Source: Octopus sinensis (taxonomy: Eukaryota). From it: DNA of 64,000 bases. Below, piece after piece: positions 24,487-38,510 of this stretch (position 1 is the stretch's first letter; each line of letters begins with the position of its first letter). The notes beneath the pieces are model-generated. The model worked only from the letters and a program-made list of their open reading frames with translations, ran no database searches and was not told the DNA's origin. The position numbers and the translations under genes were made by a program. The stretch is from contig NC_043007.1 in assembly GCF_006345805.1 (NCBI RefSeq), forward strand, positions 50,654,001 to 50,718,000. Direction: 5' to 3'.

Positions 24487-25752
24487 CACAGACATACATA
24501 TACATATAAACGTATGCACATATATACTATCGTCAATATCATCGGCACTACCGTCGCCCCAAAACCTCTCATAACTGGCAAATGTTATTTGTTTGTTTAT
24601 TCCCTTCTGTGTTTATTTTCTTTTTTTACGTGGACCTTAGTGGCCAGAGCTGATAAAAAAAAACACATTATTATCAACATTACCATTAATAATATGAAAA
24701 TCAATATTAGAAACAAAGTAAACAACAATAACAACAATGGGCACCAAACCCACATTAACTATTATTTCCACCACATACAACTCCACCATCAAAACACCAA
24801 TAAAAACAATAACAACAATAGCAACGACAATGACAACAACAATATCAACAAAGATGAGAACAACAGTTGATAGTATTCTTTTTCTAATTATCAGTGAGTA
24901 GCAATTTGACATGAACGCCAAGATAGGCTGTTAAACCTAGATAAGCCCCTACTGGGGCCACATAGAAGATATTTACAGGTGGAACTGTTGTATTTACATT
25001 TATTTAACTTTTATTATTTTTGCAAGGAGAGGGGTGGCTTATATTTCCCTATCCTCCGTTTTGCCGTATTCTGAAGGGAGTTACTATTGCTTCGATAAAG
25101 TCCCTGTTGATCCATTAAGAGAGAAAAAGATGAGGGACGAAAGTAAAAGAGTGAGAGATTGAGACAATGAGAAAACAGTGTAGAAGAAGGAAGCAAACGC
25201 AAAGTAGAAGTAAAACTAAATAAATATGGTGGTATAAAGATAGGTCTTTAAAAGAGCATAGAAAAGAACTGCTGCCACTCCCCATTCTCTCCTAATTCAG
25301 GCAACAAGCTTCAAATGCGAAGCGATGGCGCTGAAAACAGAATTCAGCCTGCATGCTGTTCTGAAACGTTTGTATCTGCTCGCAGATGGCAATACGTTCG
25401 TACATACATAGAGAAACACGTCTCCACACATAGACATATTTATGGACACGTATACATACATGCGTATGCTTGTGTGTGTGTATGCGCGCGCGCGTGAAGG
25501 CGTATGCATGCGTGTGTGTGTGTGTGTTAGATAGTTGACACCTTTCACTGTTTTATATCCCAGTTAAACGAACCACTAGTTTTTGTTAACGTGCCGAGGC
25601 CAAATTAATAACAGCGAGCGGGAAAGAAGTTAGAGTGATGGTCAATTAATAAGAAAGCCTTATAGGGAACTATGAAATGTCATTGTCTAGACAGAGAGAC
25701 GGGATGGGAGAGATTGACAAAGAAATGTGTCAATATACGTGTGTATGTGTAT

Positions 25753-25844
<92 letters not shown>

Positions 25845-26239
25845 ATTTAGTTTAGACTACTGATATATTCAAACAATTAGATCTAAACATTGCACTTAAC
25901 ACTAAAGTTGGTATTGGCAACTTTAGAATATTACATTCAATCTAAATACTATTATATATCACCCTTGTAGTAAACAGAACCTATTTACAAAATCGTAAAT
26001 TCTTCCTAAATTTGAAGAAACATTATTAGTCAACAATATTAGTAAAAGCATTTCCAGCATATTCTCATGTTAAACTTTAGTTTAACAATGTCGCGTATTA
26101 TCATAATGGCGAATTAAAACGACAGATGCTTAAAAGACAAATTTTATTTCGTAATATATCATACATAAACGTAAGAATAGTGGAAATATTACGGCATAAT
26201 CTAGCTATTGTTTAAATGACCGAACTAAATTGGTTTCAA

Positions 26240-26445
26240 ATTTTAGGGAGAAGGCCAATAATTTCGGTGGAGAGGGTAAGTCGACCACATCGACCCCAGA
26301 GCTCGGCTGGTACTTATTTTATCGACCCCAAAGGGATATAAGGCAAAGTCAACCCTGGCAGAATTTGAACTCAGAAGGTAAAGGCGGACGAAATACCGCG
26401 GAGCATTTTGCCCGGCGAGCTAATGCTCCTGCTAGCTCGCCATTT
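26240..26445 (-). mobile_element. SINE family B
   Basis: Reverse complement of the B consensus, ending gctagctcgccatt. Confidence 0.8.
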
Positions 26446-26797
26446 TAGAATGACGGAAATAATATTGCAAGAGGCTCTCTAACTCTAGATACTTTCCTTA
26501 CAGACTTAAATATCATAGCGCCTCTAAACTGCACGGCACCCTCAGCACAAATAAGTGGAAATTTTACTTATATGGCTAGATCAAATACTTCAACATTGAG
26601 TGATGTGATATACCCATTTCTCGTCTTTTTAATGGTTAGTGTTTTCCAAAGGTTTTAATTCAAACTTCTTCGTTGTTATATTGAGATGAGTGAGAATTCA
26701 TGTAAAGCAGTATACTTCCAACGTATTGATGATTTTGAAAACCATAAATGTGCCTTGACAAAGCCCCTTCCAGATGATTTCAGCATTTAAAAGCCAA

Positions 26798-26798
26798 G

Positions 26799-26892
<94 letters not shown>

Positions 26893-27104
26893 TGGCTGTG
26901 TGATTAAGAAGCTCACTTGGTTTTAGCTTCCCCACTTAAGGTACGTAATAACAGTATTCTCCCATGTATCATTGCAAATATAGAAATATTTTTATTTTGG
27001 CGTATAAGAAAAATAAAAAAGTGTATTAATATCTATAAATTTTTATGGATATAAATGTTGCTCCAACATGGCCAAAATAAAATGACTGAAACAATAATAA
27101 AAGA

Positions 27105-27200
<96 letters not shown>

Positions 27201-27412
27201 TGGCTGTGTGATTAAGAAGCTCACTTGGTTTTAGCTTCCCCCACTAAGGTACGTAATAACAGTATTCTCCCATGTATCATTGCAAATATAGAAATATTTT
27301 TATTTTGGCGTATAAGAAAAATAAAAAAGTGTATTAATATCTATAAATTTTTATGGATATAAATGTTGCTCCAACATGGCCAAAATAAAATGACTGAAAC
27401 AATAATAAAAGA

Positions 27413-27468
<56 letters not shown>
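26798..27468 (+). repeat. Near-identical tandem duplication of a ~300 bp unit bounded by (TA)n/(GA)n
   Basis: Unique parts ~26888-27110 and ~27195-27420 differ only around ccccacttaag versus cccccactaag. Confidence 0.9.
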
Positions 27469-27469
<1 letters not shown>

Positions 27470-27470
<1 letters not shown>

Positions 27471-28842
27471 CCCAATTTTCAAGAAAGGGAGCCGCGAAGA
27501 CCCGCTTAACTACCGACCGGTTTCCCTTACATCAATAATCAGCAAGATGTTCGAAACCATCCTTAAGAAAAGTATGATGCTCCACCTCCAAAACACAGCC
27601 TCTATCTCTGATTCCCAACACGGCTTCGTGCCCAAGAGATCATGCTTGACCAACTTACTGGTAATGGAAGAATTGGTGACGCGCATCCTCGATGATAGTG
27701 ATGCTGTTGACATCGTTTTATTGGACTTTGCCAAAGCTTTTGACTCGGTAAACCACCGCCTATTACTTGTCAAGATTCAAGCATATAGTTTCCATCCGGA
27801 TATTGTACGATGGGTTGGTGCCTTCCTCTGAGATCGCTCCTTCCAAGTCCAAGTTAATGGTTCGCTGTCCGACGTCTCCAGTGCGAGCAGTGACGTGCCT
27901 CAAGGTTCAGTGCTTGGGCCCTTATTGTTCTTAGTCTTCATAAATGACTTGCCCGACGACCTCACGCAACACACCCTTCTATTTGCCGACGATGTCAAAC
28001 AGGTCGCTCCTCGCGGTGATATAGATGATCTTCGTCGATGCCTCCACCAAATTTGGAGATGGTCTAACGAATGGGACCTGTGTCTGAACGTGTCAAAGTG
28101 CTGTCATCTGCCTGTTGGCTCTCCTCCTGCAACTCAACTTGATTTCGAGCCGGGTCGTCTGCTGCTGGAGAGGCCCGATCACGTAAAGGACCTAGGTATC
28201 TTGGTGGATTCCTCCTTTTCGTCTTCGGCCCAGTGCGTCTGTTCTTGATTCGACTGTCATTCGGAATGCTCACAGCAGCCATATTCCTACCGCTCTATGT
28301 CACGCTGGTGAGACCCATATTGGAGTACGGGATTCAAGCCTCTTCTCCTTATCTCCTCAAAGACATACAGCATCTCGAAAGCGTCCAGAAGCTGGCTACC
28401 CGCATGGTTCTTGGTCTCAAGAATTTGTCTTATGAAGAAAGGCTGAAGACGCTCGACCTTTATTCTCTAGAAAAACGACGAAGCCGTGGAGATCTCATTC
28501 TTCCTCACAAAATCATAAGCGGAAAGTGTAACCTCTCGAAAGAGCTGTTCTTCACTCCTGCTCCAGAGCGTCGGCTGCGGGGTCATTCCGAAAAGCTCTA
28601 TCTGCGACGATTTCATCTCAATCGAAGGAGAGGGGCTTTCTCCGTCCGGGTTGCGGATCCGTGGAATAAGCTGCCAGACGAGATGGTGAAGATGCCGACG
28701 ACCGCTCGGTTCAAAGTCTCCCTTGACCTTAAGTGGCCTGAACTCTTTACATGAACACCACCCTGTACATAACTCCATGTTCCCCTACATGGCCTTGCTT
28801 TTTGCTTTTTGAGCCATAAAATTAACTAACTAACTAACTAAC
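27470..28842 (+). mobile_element. CR1-type LINE, 5' truncated, reverse transcriptase C-terminal half
   Basis: QHGFVPKRSCLTNLL, LDFAKAFDSVNH, PQGSVLGPLLFLVFINDL, LFADDVK, RPILEYG, FSVRVADPWNKLP; (TAAC)n tail; inserted in (TA)n; few disablements. Confidence 0.95.
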
Positions 28843-28900
28843 ATATATATATATATATATATATATATACGCGAGAAAAAAGCAACAAGAATGGATAGGT

Positions 28901-28991
28901 TTTTAGTACAATCGTTTCATACAAGGACAGGCTTTATTAAAAGTTGCAAAAATTGCAGCATATAAACGTGTCCCGTACTCATCAGCTAAAA
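28901..28991 (-). ncRNA. Type I hammerhead ribozyme (mirror of 30045-30135)
   Basis: + strand ttttagtacaatcgtttcataca...cgtactcatcagctaaaa. Confidence 0.8.
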
Positions 28992-30044
28992 TACATGTGA
29001 GTTCTCTAGACATCCTAGTGGTTGAGGCTATACTCATGAAGTAATGTAGATAATTAAGTAACATAAACAGAATTCCAAAGTTCATTAAAGTTCTTTAAAG
29101 ATGATGTACAGTCTTATCACAGAATTTGACCACTAAACCCCTAAACCCCTAAACCCCTGACCGTGTTATCTCTTTAGATTCTCTTTAAATTCATAGCTGC
29201 TTTCGACAGCAATAAATTAGCTGTTTTACTGGTCAAAGAATAATATTCTCCTCTAGTTCCTAGATGCCTGTAAATTAAAACCAGACTTGCCGTCTACTAA
29301 TTCTTCTGTATAACTAGAACCCTCTTTTTTTCTTTTTCTTTTTTTCCCTTCTTTCCCTATTTCTTTCTCTTTTCTCTTTTTTTTTCTTCTTCTTATTCTC
29401 TTTTTCTTTTTTCTTTTTCCTTTTCTCTTCACTTCTAGCCCCCCCCTTTTGCTCCCTCCCCCTTTATTTTCTCTCTTTCCTTCTCTTTCCTTCCCTTTTC
29501 TGTTCTTTGCCTCTCCAGAAAGCCCTTCAGCCTTTAAAAGTTAAATAGCTACAGTCTCTTGAAAATAGCAGTAATGTGATTAATGTGGCAAATACCTAAT
29601 CATATAGCAAGAATGATACCCACCTCATTGTGTTCAACCATTGATAAATTTATCGCCTGTGAATATGAAATTCCTCTTCATTTCTCTGGAAATTTACATC
29701 TACACCATTGGAAATTGTGCATCTATACAAAGGATTAATTCACCCTCTCTGTAATGCTAATAAGCAGGAATTGAAACCCACCTCGTTGTGATTAGCAATG
29801 GATAAATTTGTCGTCTGTGAGTATGTAATCCCTCCTCATATCTCTGGAAATTCATATGTACACTATGGATTAAGTCACCTTCTCTGTGATGCTATTAAAA
29901 CTTTTTTTAAATTCTGTGATAAGACTGTACATCATCTTTAAAGAACTTTAATGAACTTTGGAATTCTGTTTATGTTACTTAATTATCTACATTACTTCAT
30001 GAGTATAGCCTCAACCACTAGGATGTCTAGAGAACTCACATGTA

Positions 30045-30135
30045 TTTTAGCTGATGAGTACGGGACACGTTTATATGCTGCAATTTTTGCAACTTTTAAT
30101 AAAGCCTGTCCTTGTATGAAACGATTGTACTAAAA
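30045..30135 (+). ncRNA. Type I hammerhead ribozyme
   Basis: Stem I UUUUAG/CUAAAA; CUGAUGA 30051-30057; stem II GUACG-GGACA/UGUCC-U-UGUAU; GAAA 30118-30121; stem III ACGAUUGU; GUA^ after 30129. Confidence 0.8.
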
Positions 30136-30290
30136 ACCTATCCATTCTTGTTGCTTTTTTCTCGCTTATAATCACCCCACATTACTGTATTGTTAAAACC
30201 GTATAGTTTGTTTTGGTGCATCTAAGTTAGGTACCATATTCAAGTAAATTCATTTAAATTAACTTGAATCTTTATTGCTTTTTGTATATA

Positions 30291-30340
<50 letters not shown>

Positions 30341-30534
30341 TGCTAGAGATATGACAACAGAAACAATGTAAATAATTTGATGTGAATATGTTAAAAGTAG
30401 TGGTAGTATCATTTATATTTGAAGTCTATCTGACGAAAATTTCTTTCAAATGACGCAATGTTTTCATTAATCAAGTAAAGGAGTCGCTTGAAACGGTCGT
30501 AATGAATTAATACCTGTACATCTTCGTTATCATT

Positions 30535-30565
<31 letters not shown>

Positions 30566-31019
30566 TGCAAGAAACTTTTTGAAACATATTTTGCATACAT
30601 TAAGTTTATAAACATATTAGATAACAATATATTTAATGTTTGTTTGGTTCTCTTTTAAAATACGAATGAAACATAATTGGCTCCTTTAAATTCGTGTGAA
30701 TAAAGCCCCAATAGGTTGTTTTGCTATAATAATCGAGCGAAAGTTTGCAACGTGAAACTCGGCACAATATACATACAAATACACGAATGCACAATATACA
30801 TACAAATACACGAATACACAAATGCATATGTGAGTGCGTGTGTGTGTGTGTGTGTGTGTATGTGTGTGTACATATTGTTATACATCTATATACAGACTCC
30901 AATGTGGTTGGCTTGGTTCTGCGACGGTATATCACGTCGTAAAATCGATAAAAAAAGTGAACTTGCAATGAGGGACAGAAAATCCAATGTTTCAGAATAG
31001 CTCACTCTTTAGTTAAAAA

Positions 31020-32820
31020 ATTGGACGGAGAGAAATCAATGGGAGACAACAGGATATTACATTCCCTAAGTTAAAAGAAAAAATGCCTGCAAATAATAAA
31101 AAACGCCGGATCACTTGTGATACATGCGTGAACAAGAAGTAGTGAGAGTCACGGTGTGGGTAGGAAGAAAGAAAGAGTAATGAAATTAGGAGAAGCAGAA
31201 AAGCCGAAAGTGAGTTGAAGGGTAAAGATAGAGGAGAGTCGAAAGATGAGAAAGGGTTTAATGAACTAAGTGGAGATTTAGGAATAGATGGAGTAGATTG
31301 AAAGACGTTCATTTAAATCTGTCGGTAATATTGTCCCGTTGTTCACTCAGAATGTAGATGTCTGGAGAATGATGAAATGGCCTGTAGTGTTGAAGAGAGT
31401 GTTGACAGGCTGGCTAGACAAAAGTAGTAGTATGCATGGAATATACTCCCGAAAGCAATTAGTATGGCGTCGATCTATCTCCTCCAATGTAAAAGGTATC
31501 GCAAAGTTGCATATGATACAATGTATATGGTTAGGCAATGTACAACAGAAGTTCTGAATAATATGATATTGTGTCTTAAGCCCAGTGATGGCTGTAGTAT
31601 TGTTAATGTAGGAGCAAGCGTTGCATCGTTGGCGAGAAAATTTTAAAGCACCTGGTTGTGTGGTTTTATGTGGTGCAGAGTAGTCGAAATCAACCTCGAT
31701 TAAGGGCACCCTCGATTCAGAAAGAAACGTCGCAAGATATGTCGTTTGACATTTGGATTCGAAATCTGAGTCAACGAAGCTGAGTCGGTAAAAGCGAAGG
31801 AATTAATAGAAAAGTATGGTAGATTTACTGTGCGAATAAATTTAATGGAAATAGGAGCGGAAACCATTAGATTTGTAGTGGACAGGGATAGATAAGTGGA
31901 TATTATATATGGTGATGGCGATACTGAGAAAACTAACAGAAGTATCGGATACGGTGGAGGTGATAACAAAAGAGATAAAATTTTTGAACTGTTGTCTGGT
32001 AAGAGAGGTGGCGTCAACACAGGTGTCAATATTACGATTATACAGCTTTGGCATGGATTCAGAGAAATGAGCAAAGATTTGCTCTTCGATGTGGCCTACA
32101 AGGCGATTAGTGAAGATGAGCTCGACTAAGCGGAGGACAGTAGTAGTGCTGTGTTCGCTTTGGCAAGGACAACATTCTATGAAGTTTTTAAGGCTAGTAG
32201 GCCGTCGTATGGAAAAGAAAACGAGTTGAAGAGGTTGAGCGCATGGTTGATATCTATATGTGATGGTAAGACGGTCACGAGAAGTGATAATAGTTTGTCG
32301 AGGTAAGATGATAGAAGTTCTGTAGGCCAGTTACAGGCGGAGACGATTGGGCGGCCGAGATTATATGGTTTGTGAATTTGGGAGATAAAGTACATAGTGG
32401 ACGTTCAGAGTGTGTTTACAATGAAGTTAGTGGCAGTGGATGGATGCGAGCCAGAAGAGAAAAATTGATGAGCAGTAGGGAGTACTTTGCTCCTAAGGTA
32501 ACTTGGCAGCTTGAAGTAGAATCGAAGAGTTATTCAGTGGTGGGGTGCTTCTTCTCTGCTTAGGTCGGATCACCAAACTACAACGGACCCCGCTTTCTTG
32601 GCTCATTTGTTAATCATGTTTCGGCGTTTAGGGAGCTTCCAGAGGGTGTCTAGTTTCGATCTCCGTAGGAGTTTCTTGCAACTGAAGACTCCTAAATCGA
32701 AAGGGCTATTTCTTATTAACTCTTCTCCTTTCAGCCTTTAGCCTCAAGAAAGACTCTCTTTGAAACGTTGGATTTTCCGCTCCTCACAGTACGTACATTA
32801 TACTGTTTTCTTATTTCGAT
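31020..32820 (-). mobile_element. Decayed Penelope-like element (RT start and GIY-YIG) with a probable inverted 3' segment at 32560-32820
   Basis: QIHKPYNLGRPIVSACNWPTELLSSYLDK (32177-32395) and RQRCNACSYI...FCCTLPNHIHCIIC...IDRRHTNCFREY (31347-31709); + strand degenerate hammerhead-like motif at 32741-32773. Confidence 0.8.
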
Positions 32821-32868
32821 TTTACTACATTATATATGTGTATGAATGTGTGTGCGCGCGTGCTCGTG

Positions 32869-32924
<56 letters not shown>

Positions 32925-33128
32925 GACTGAGAGAGAGAGAAAAAGAAAGAGACAGACAGAGAGATTGAGAGATACAGAGTGAGGCATTTAGAAAAATCTT
33001 TAAAAGAAAGCACATTAAGCCTCCTTCCATCAGGTTTATTTCAATCTACATTATATCCTTAAATATGATAATCTTTAATTTAATAAAATTTTCTTTTGAC
33101 ATTGTGAGTGCATCAAGAAATTTTTCTT

Positions 33129-33178
<50 letters not shown>

Positions 33179-33771
33179 GTGTGTATCTATGTAAGATTAA
33201 TCAAGCCGAAACTGCGTGGATGATCCGGTTCTTAACTGAGGATAGAAACCTTCGAATGACTCGTCCTTGTTTTTTTTGTATCGTCTATCTAGATGTTTTG
33301 TTGTCCCTTTTTGTATCATCTAGTTGTCCGGAAGTTTTGCGTTCTTGTCCCATTTTGTATTTTATATATATATATATACATAAATATAAAAATATGACTT
33401 TCATGGGAAACATGTATTTTTGTGGTTGAAACCTTTTGGATTTACTAGTGCTAGAGTGAGCCACATAGTGACCACTCTCTTATATTTATTTTTGTATAAA
33501 ATATTATAATATGTTATAAAATATTATAATAATCCAGGTTTCTCGGGGCACTGGGCCACTTGGTGTTGAATAGGTATACTATTAAATTAGTATCTAATTC
33601 TCTCACCCTTATTAATTAAATATATATATACATATATAATTTTTGTGTATGTATGTAAGTATTTGCATTTGTCGATAAACATGTATGATTGTGAGTGTAC
33701 ATATATGTATGAACATACGCATACGCACAAACTTTTGTGTGTGTGTATGTATGTATGTATGTATATACGTA

Positions 33772-33829
<58 letters not shown>

Positions 33830-36800
33830 CGTGCGTGTGTGGGGTGAAAGAGGGAGTTTGCGTGACTGAAAAGCAGATCTGTGATAAAGACAATGTGCTT
33901 AATGTAAAATAAGGATGACAAAAGACATAACCAATAAGAGAAAAAGAACAAAATGCCGATATTTAAGTGTTGTTAAATTATTGTATTGTATGCTGTTATC
34001 TATAGGGCGGTTGTGTTGCATGAGCTATGCTGTTATCTAACGGGTAGTTCATTCTTCAACAATATCCTTCTCTTGTCCACTCACTGATGGCAGTATCAAC
34101 ATCTTTTTATTGTTTACTATTTTTGTTTCACTTTCAGGATTGTTGGTGTTGTTTTCTTATATTTATTTGTACATTCGTTCGGTTTGTTGTTGTTGTTCTT
34201 GCGTTCGGGAATGAGATTTGTTGCTGTTTTTACCTTTCATCTGATAGGGAGATATCAATGTTGACACATATATAATAACTTCCCTAAACGTCGTCTAGCG
34301 TACAGATGTTAACAGCAATTGTGGTGATGTAAATAAATGATGATAATAATTGTGGGAAAGATAATGGGCGGTTGGGTGGACACGGTGGTGATGAAATGAC
34401 CATGATGATGATAATGAGGAGGAGAGAAAGCTGGATGTTGTTACTACTGCTACTACTGCAGCCGCTGCTGCTGCTGAAGATGGTGATGTGAAGGTGGATC
34501 ATCATCAACTTAGTCATAATCATCATGGCCTTCATTGTCGTCGTTATTACCATGGGATTGAAATTATGTTACAAAAGTTCGATCTGGTGCTTGCGAAACT
34601 GAGTGACGCATTAACATCCTCTCTGTGTGTATGTGTTTCAGCGTATTTGCGAATCTATGTTTATGCGAATATGCATGTAGCAGTGCACGCGCGTAGATGA
34701 ATGCGTATAGGCACATAATTTGTATCTAAGAGAGGGCATTTATGTGTCTATGTGCACAGTGTGTATATAGGTGCATGTGAGTGTAAGAATATGTGTAATA
34801 ACATTGTATGTATGTATGTGTAATTAATATACGGCTTTTCATTTATGCAAATTTGGTTAAACCGTCTGCAGTAGATGTTAGCTGAATCTGTTAACCGATT
34901 TAATGTTGAAATGTTCTTATCTCTGATAGCGTTCTGGTTTCTGTAAGAAAACGTATATTATCCCGTCTCTACGAAGAGGGGAAAGGAAGAACGATTAGGC
35001 TTGGTTCAGTGTATCTAGGGATCAGAATTTCAGTAAACCAAGTTGTAATGTAACCCAGGATCAGTCCTGATCACAGCCTGTCCAGTTATGATTAGCCCAT
35101 CTTTTAGTGTCTAATGTGTCCCACGTCTATTTAAGATGATGCAGCTACGTCGCACACAGACATCCAAGAAAATGGTCATCCGACTAATTTGCATGGAATT
35201 GTGTGCCAGCATATTTCAACAGTGTGTCTCCTATCTCCTCACTACCGTTCATCTACCGCAACTCAGCCCTCTGATTTAGTCATGTCACGTTCACTCAGGC
35301 TCTTTCGATTCATTTCTTTCTCCTCCTCTCATCACTAGTTGTGAATCCACTCTCTCACCCCCAGGCCCCACACTAAACATTTTTTTACAGTCCTTTCTCA
35401 TCAGAACGTCATCTCTCTGGTATTCAGTTATTGAAGAGTAACATTAACTGCGTCAGTCTTGCGGATGTAATATAGCATCTCATTGGATAATATATAACAG
35501 GATATGACAATATTTTCATATATTGCCCAGTGTCCTTCGGTATTGAGACAGCAGGGCATGATTTCTGTGAGACTTGCCTTCTATTTCTATGTTTAAATTT
35601 GTCTACATAGACTTCCTTCGACGATGTTAGATTCCCGTTTGTTTATTGAATCTGGGATTATATTCATTTGAAAGAGTTTCTTTTTAAAGAATATTTCAGC
35701 ATTATTTCGCTGCAGTCTCTTTAGAATAGGTTTTTTTTTTTAACAATTTCATCAATGCAATTCTATGACGCGGCACCTATGCAAGGTCAAGTATTGAAAT
35801 ATTTCGTAAAAGTTCTAACTGATGCAAAATTCGCATATATTGTTGAGGGTAAATTCAATAAACTATATTGTGGACATCCACATGACCATTTCGTTTTCAT
35901 TTTATTTTATTGTTATTTTTTGGGATAGCGACTATCAAAGTTAGATTAAATTATTTATTCTATCCTTCTGTTTTTAAAATGATAGGGTGATTTGGCTGAT
36001 ACTTTTAGTAGACTGAACTAACATGTAGGGGTTGCCTAGCTGCTTCCGGTGTAATGTATTGTAGATGACCGTAAAACGGCTGAATGGTTATACCACTGAT
36101 TAATGAATGATATATAGTACATACTCAATGTTTCCGGAATAATACGTCTGACGACAGAGCATTTAACACTCAACGGTCCTTTGTTATGATTTAGTCAAGA
36201 GGCCAGAATAGAGTTAATACATTTGACAACTCGCGTGTGCAAGGACAGGAAAAGAATTTACGGAATATCTAGACAGGAAAAAAATTTACGGACAATGTTT
36301 TATTTTCTTTTTTTTTCTGGGGGAAAACTGATGGATGTAGTGGTTCGAATTAGACGGTCACAGCAGTGTGTACAAAAATGGATCTTCACCGAGACAGCAC
36401 GTTAGTTTAGTCGAACAGAGACCACTGTAGTAGGAATGGAACAGACATATCATTTCAGTAAATCCGCGGTGGTATTTCGATTGTTACACTATAACTTAAA
36501 TCCGGAATAAACTTAGTAAAGACATAGTACATCTGTGGGCCAGTCATAGTATTTCGATAGTTAGCATAGATTTCACAAGTAAATCATATTAGTTGCAGGG
36601 ATCACTTTATCTTCTACTGTAGATGAGAGAGATAAGAACTGAGTTTGGTTATCCTTGATACGCTACTGAAACGAAATATAAACTGGGGCTCCTAGAGTCC
36701 AAGGCTTTTGGAGGTTCACTCTGAAGTTCCAGCTAGTATCTAATTAGTTATGGAGCATGCTCTGTGAATAAATGCCTTAATTATACGAATTAAGATGTAC

Positions 36801-36902
36801 AATATAAAATTCGTGAGTATATCTAGTCACCGTACATGCATACATATATATACACCCATTAATGCATATATATTAATATGTACGTATATACATACATATA
36901 CG

Positions 36903-36939
<37 letters not shown>

Positions 36940-37414
36940 TAGACATGAAAATACATTCAAACACATGTATGACACATACACATACACGCGCACACACATA
37001 TATATATATATGTGCAAGTAGTAGCCATCCTAGCAACATCAATAGTGCTAGTAATGGTTGTGACAACATAAACTTTATGAATTCCGATAACATACACAAC
37101 GATTCTAATATAAATGATGACCATGTACCTATTAATAATCCAGGTAACTGTATTAACCATCACATTTGCAATGGTAGTACTCTTACTAATAATAACAACC
37201 CGTAGACACTTACGTAACCCTGGATAATACAACTAATTCTATTGGGTCTAACAATTATTATCTCTTACTGCGATCCTCGAATAACACTATAAGTACTAAT
37301 GTCCATAAATCTCCAAGATTATGAAATTTTAAAAATAAACTTCTTTCCTTTCTCAATAATTTGTCATACTAAAAATATTATCTATAGATCTGATTTAATA
37401 ACTATTATAACCAC

Positions 37415-37600
37415 ATTTGCCTACATTGGCTCAGCTTCTTGAAAAATTTAAGCAAAGATTATGTAATAATTTTTATACTTTTAATAAACGTAATAAGGCT
37501 AAGACTACATCATACGCGGAAAAAAACGGGAAAAAGATGAAAAATAATATATTCCAAATTACCTGGAACATCATAAATAAGCATTGCCCCATTCAAATGA
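37415..37600 (+). mobile_element. PLE GIY-YIG remnant
   Basis: Frameshifted YIGSAS / EKFKQRLCNNFYTF...NNIFQITWNIINK, comparable to the 16.9 kb GIY-YIG. Confidence 0.55.
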
Positions 37601-38329
37601 TGCGCTGAATTATGGGAAATACTTGAGTGTTCAGGAAGTACTTAAGTGTTCCTTAACAAATCTAGTGAACTTAGGCTAAAATGCTCGAGTTTCATTAAGA
37701 ACACATTTTCCTATCTTGGATCTGTAATTTAATATTCTTCGAATACTTACTACTTATCTCTAGCTTCTGCTAGATTATGTAATTTAGGCCTTCCTTGGCC
37801 TTGATTGGCGATCTTAGCAGACAGTTCTCGCCTGTCACCGATATAAACACCAGTGTTTTTAAGACGTCCTCTCATGGTAAATGACGCAGTATTCTGTGTT
37901 CTATCGCAACAACCTCTTAACGTCGGTGATAAATATTAACTTTGGTATTAATACTGCATCTGTCATTAGCTCTCATAAAAGTAACATGGACCAAAAATTC
38001 CTTAGGGAAACCCGAAATTGCAATATTTTTACCAATTTCAATGTCATGATTAGCGAAACGCGAAACCTGTAGACTATCATAATATTCTATCATTTAAAAT
38101 ATATTAAAAATAGTGTGCATTTTCTTTCTTATTCTATATACGTTTTTACTCCAACTCACCGTGTGGGAAAAATCTCTTCAACAAATATATTGTTATATAT
38201 TGAAATATAAGGAAGGAAAACTAAACGAGAAATACCTGTGCTTGTATATCTACATACCTATTCGAATACATATAGAATTCATTAGAGTATATACACACGC
38301 ACCACGCATATGCATATAATATTTATATC

Positions 38330-38482
38330 ATGTGCGGTAAGAAATATTTTTCTCAACCATCTAGTTTTGAGTTCGGCCCCATTACGTGGCACCTTAGGTA
38401 AGTGTCTTTTACTATATTCTGGAGCCGACCAAGTCCATGTCAGTGGATTTGGTAGACGGAAACTGAAAGAAGCTCGTCGTAT
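38330..38482 (+). mobile_element. SINE family A, 5' half, followed directly by a Tx1 LINE
   Basis: gagttcggccccattacgtggcaccttaggtaagtgtc...ggatttggtagacggaaactgaaagaagc. Confidence 0.75.
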
Positions 38483-38510
38483 ATATGTTGTGTGTGTGTG
38501 AGAGAGAGAG

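Larger units (their letters stand above)
28871..30165. mobile_element. Penelope-like element remnant with inverted 257-bp terminal repeats (head-to-head), each with a hammerhead
   Basis: 28871-29127 is the reverse complement of 29909-30165 (identical 60-aa spurious ORFs on both strands). The spacer has minus-strand GIY-YIG C-terminal-like sequence (..IYQWLNT..), duplicated at ~29610-29710 and ~29775-29870. Confidence 0.85.

Noticed and set aside
25296-25400. Possible + strand exon after ctcctaattcag
   Set aside because: No convincing donor and no recognisable peptide.
28903-30133. Two identical 60-aa ORFs (MNFGILF...) on opposite strands
   Set aside because: They result from the inverted repeat; the conserved signal there is RNA structure, with no protein motif.
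32741-32773. Hammerhead-like CCUCAAGA-AAGACUCUCUUU-GAAACGUUGG in the inverted PLE end
   Set aside because: G5 is mutated (CUCAAGA) and stems I and II are poor; at best a dead relic.
33176-33620. Non-coding segment with GAAAC and CUGAGGA pieces resembling a PLE end
   Set aside because: The motifs are in the wrong order and no closing stems could be built from this copy.
35285-35408. Minus-strand CUGAUGA with distant GAAA and an ACGUU/AACGU stem
   Set aside because: Stem II is only 2 bp, stem III is unpaired and the cleavage position would be G; chance match.
37780-38075. Coding-like minus-strand stretch after a ctacag acceptor
   Set aside because: Every frame hits stops or needs a frameshift, and no family is recognisable.
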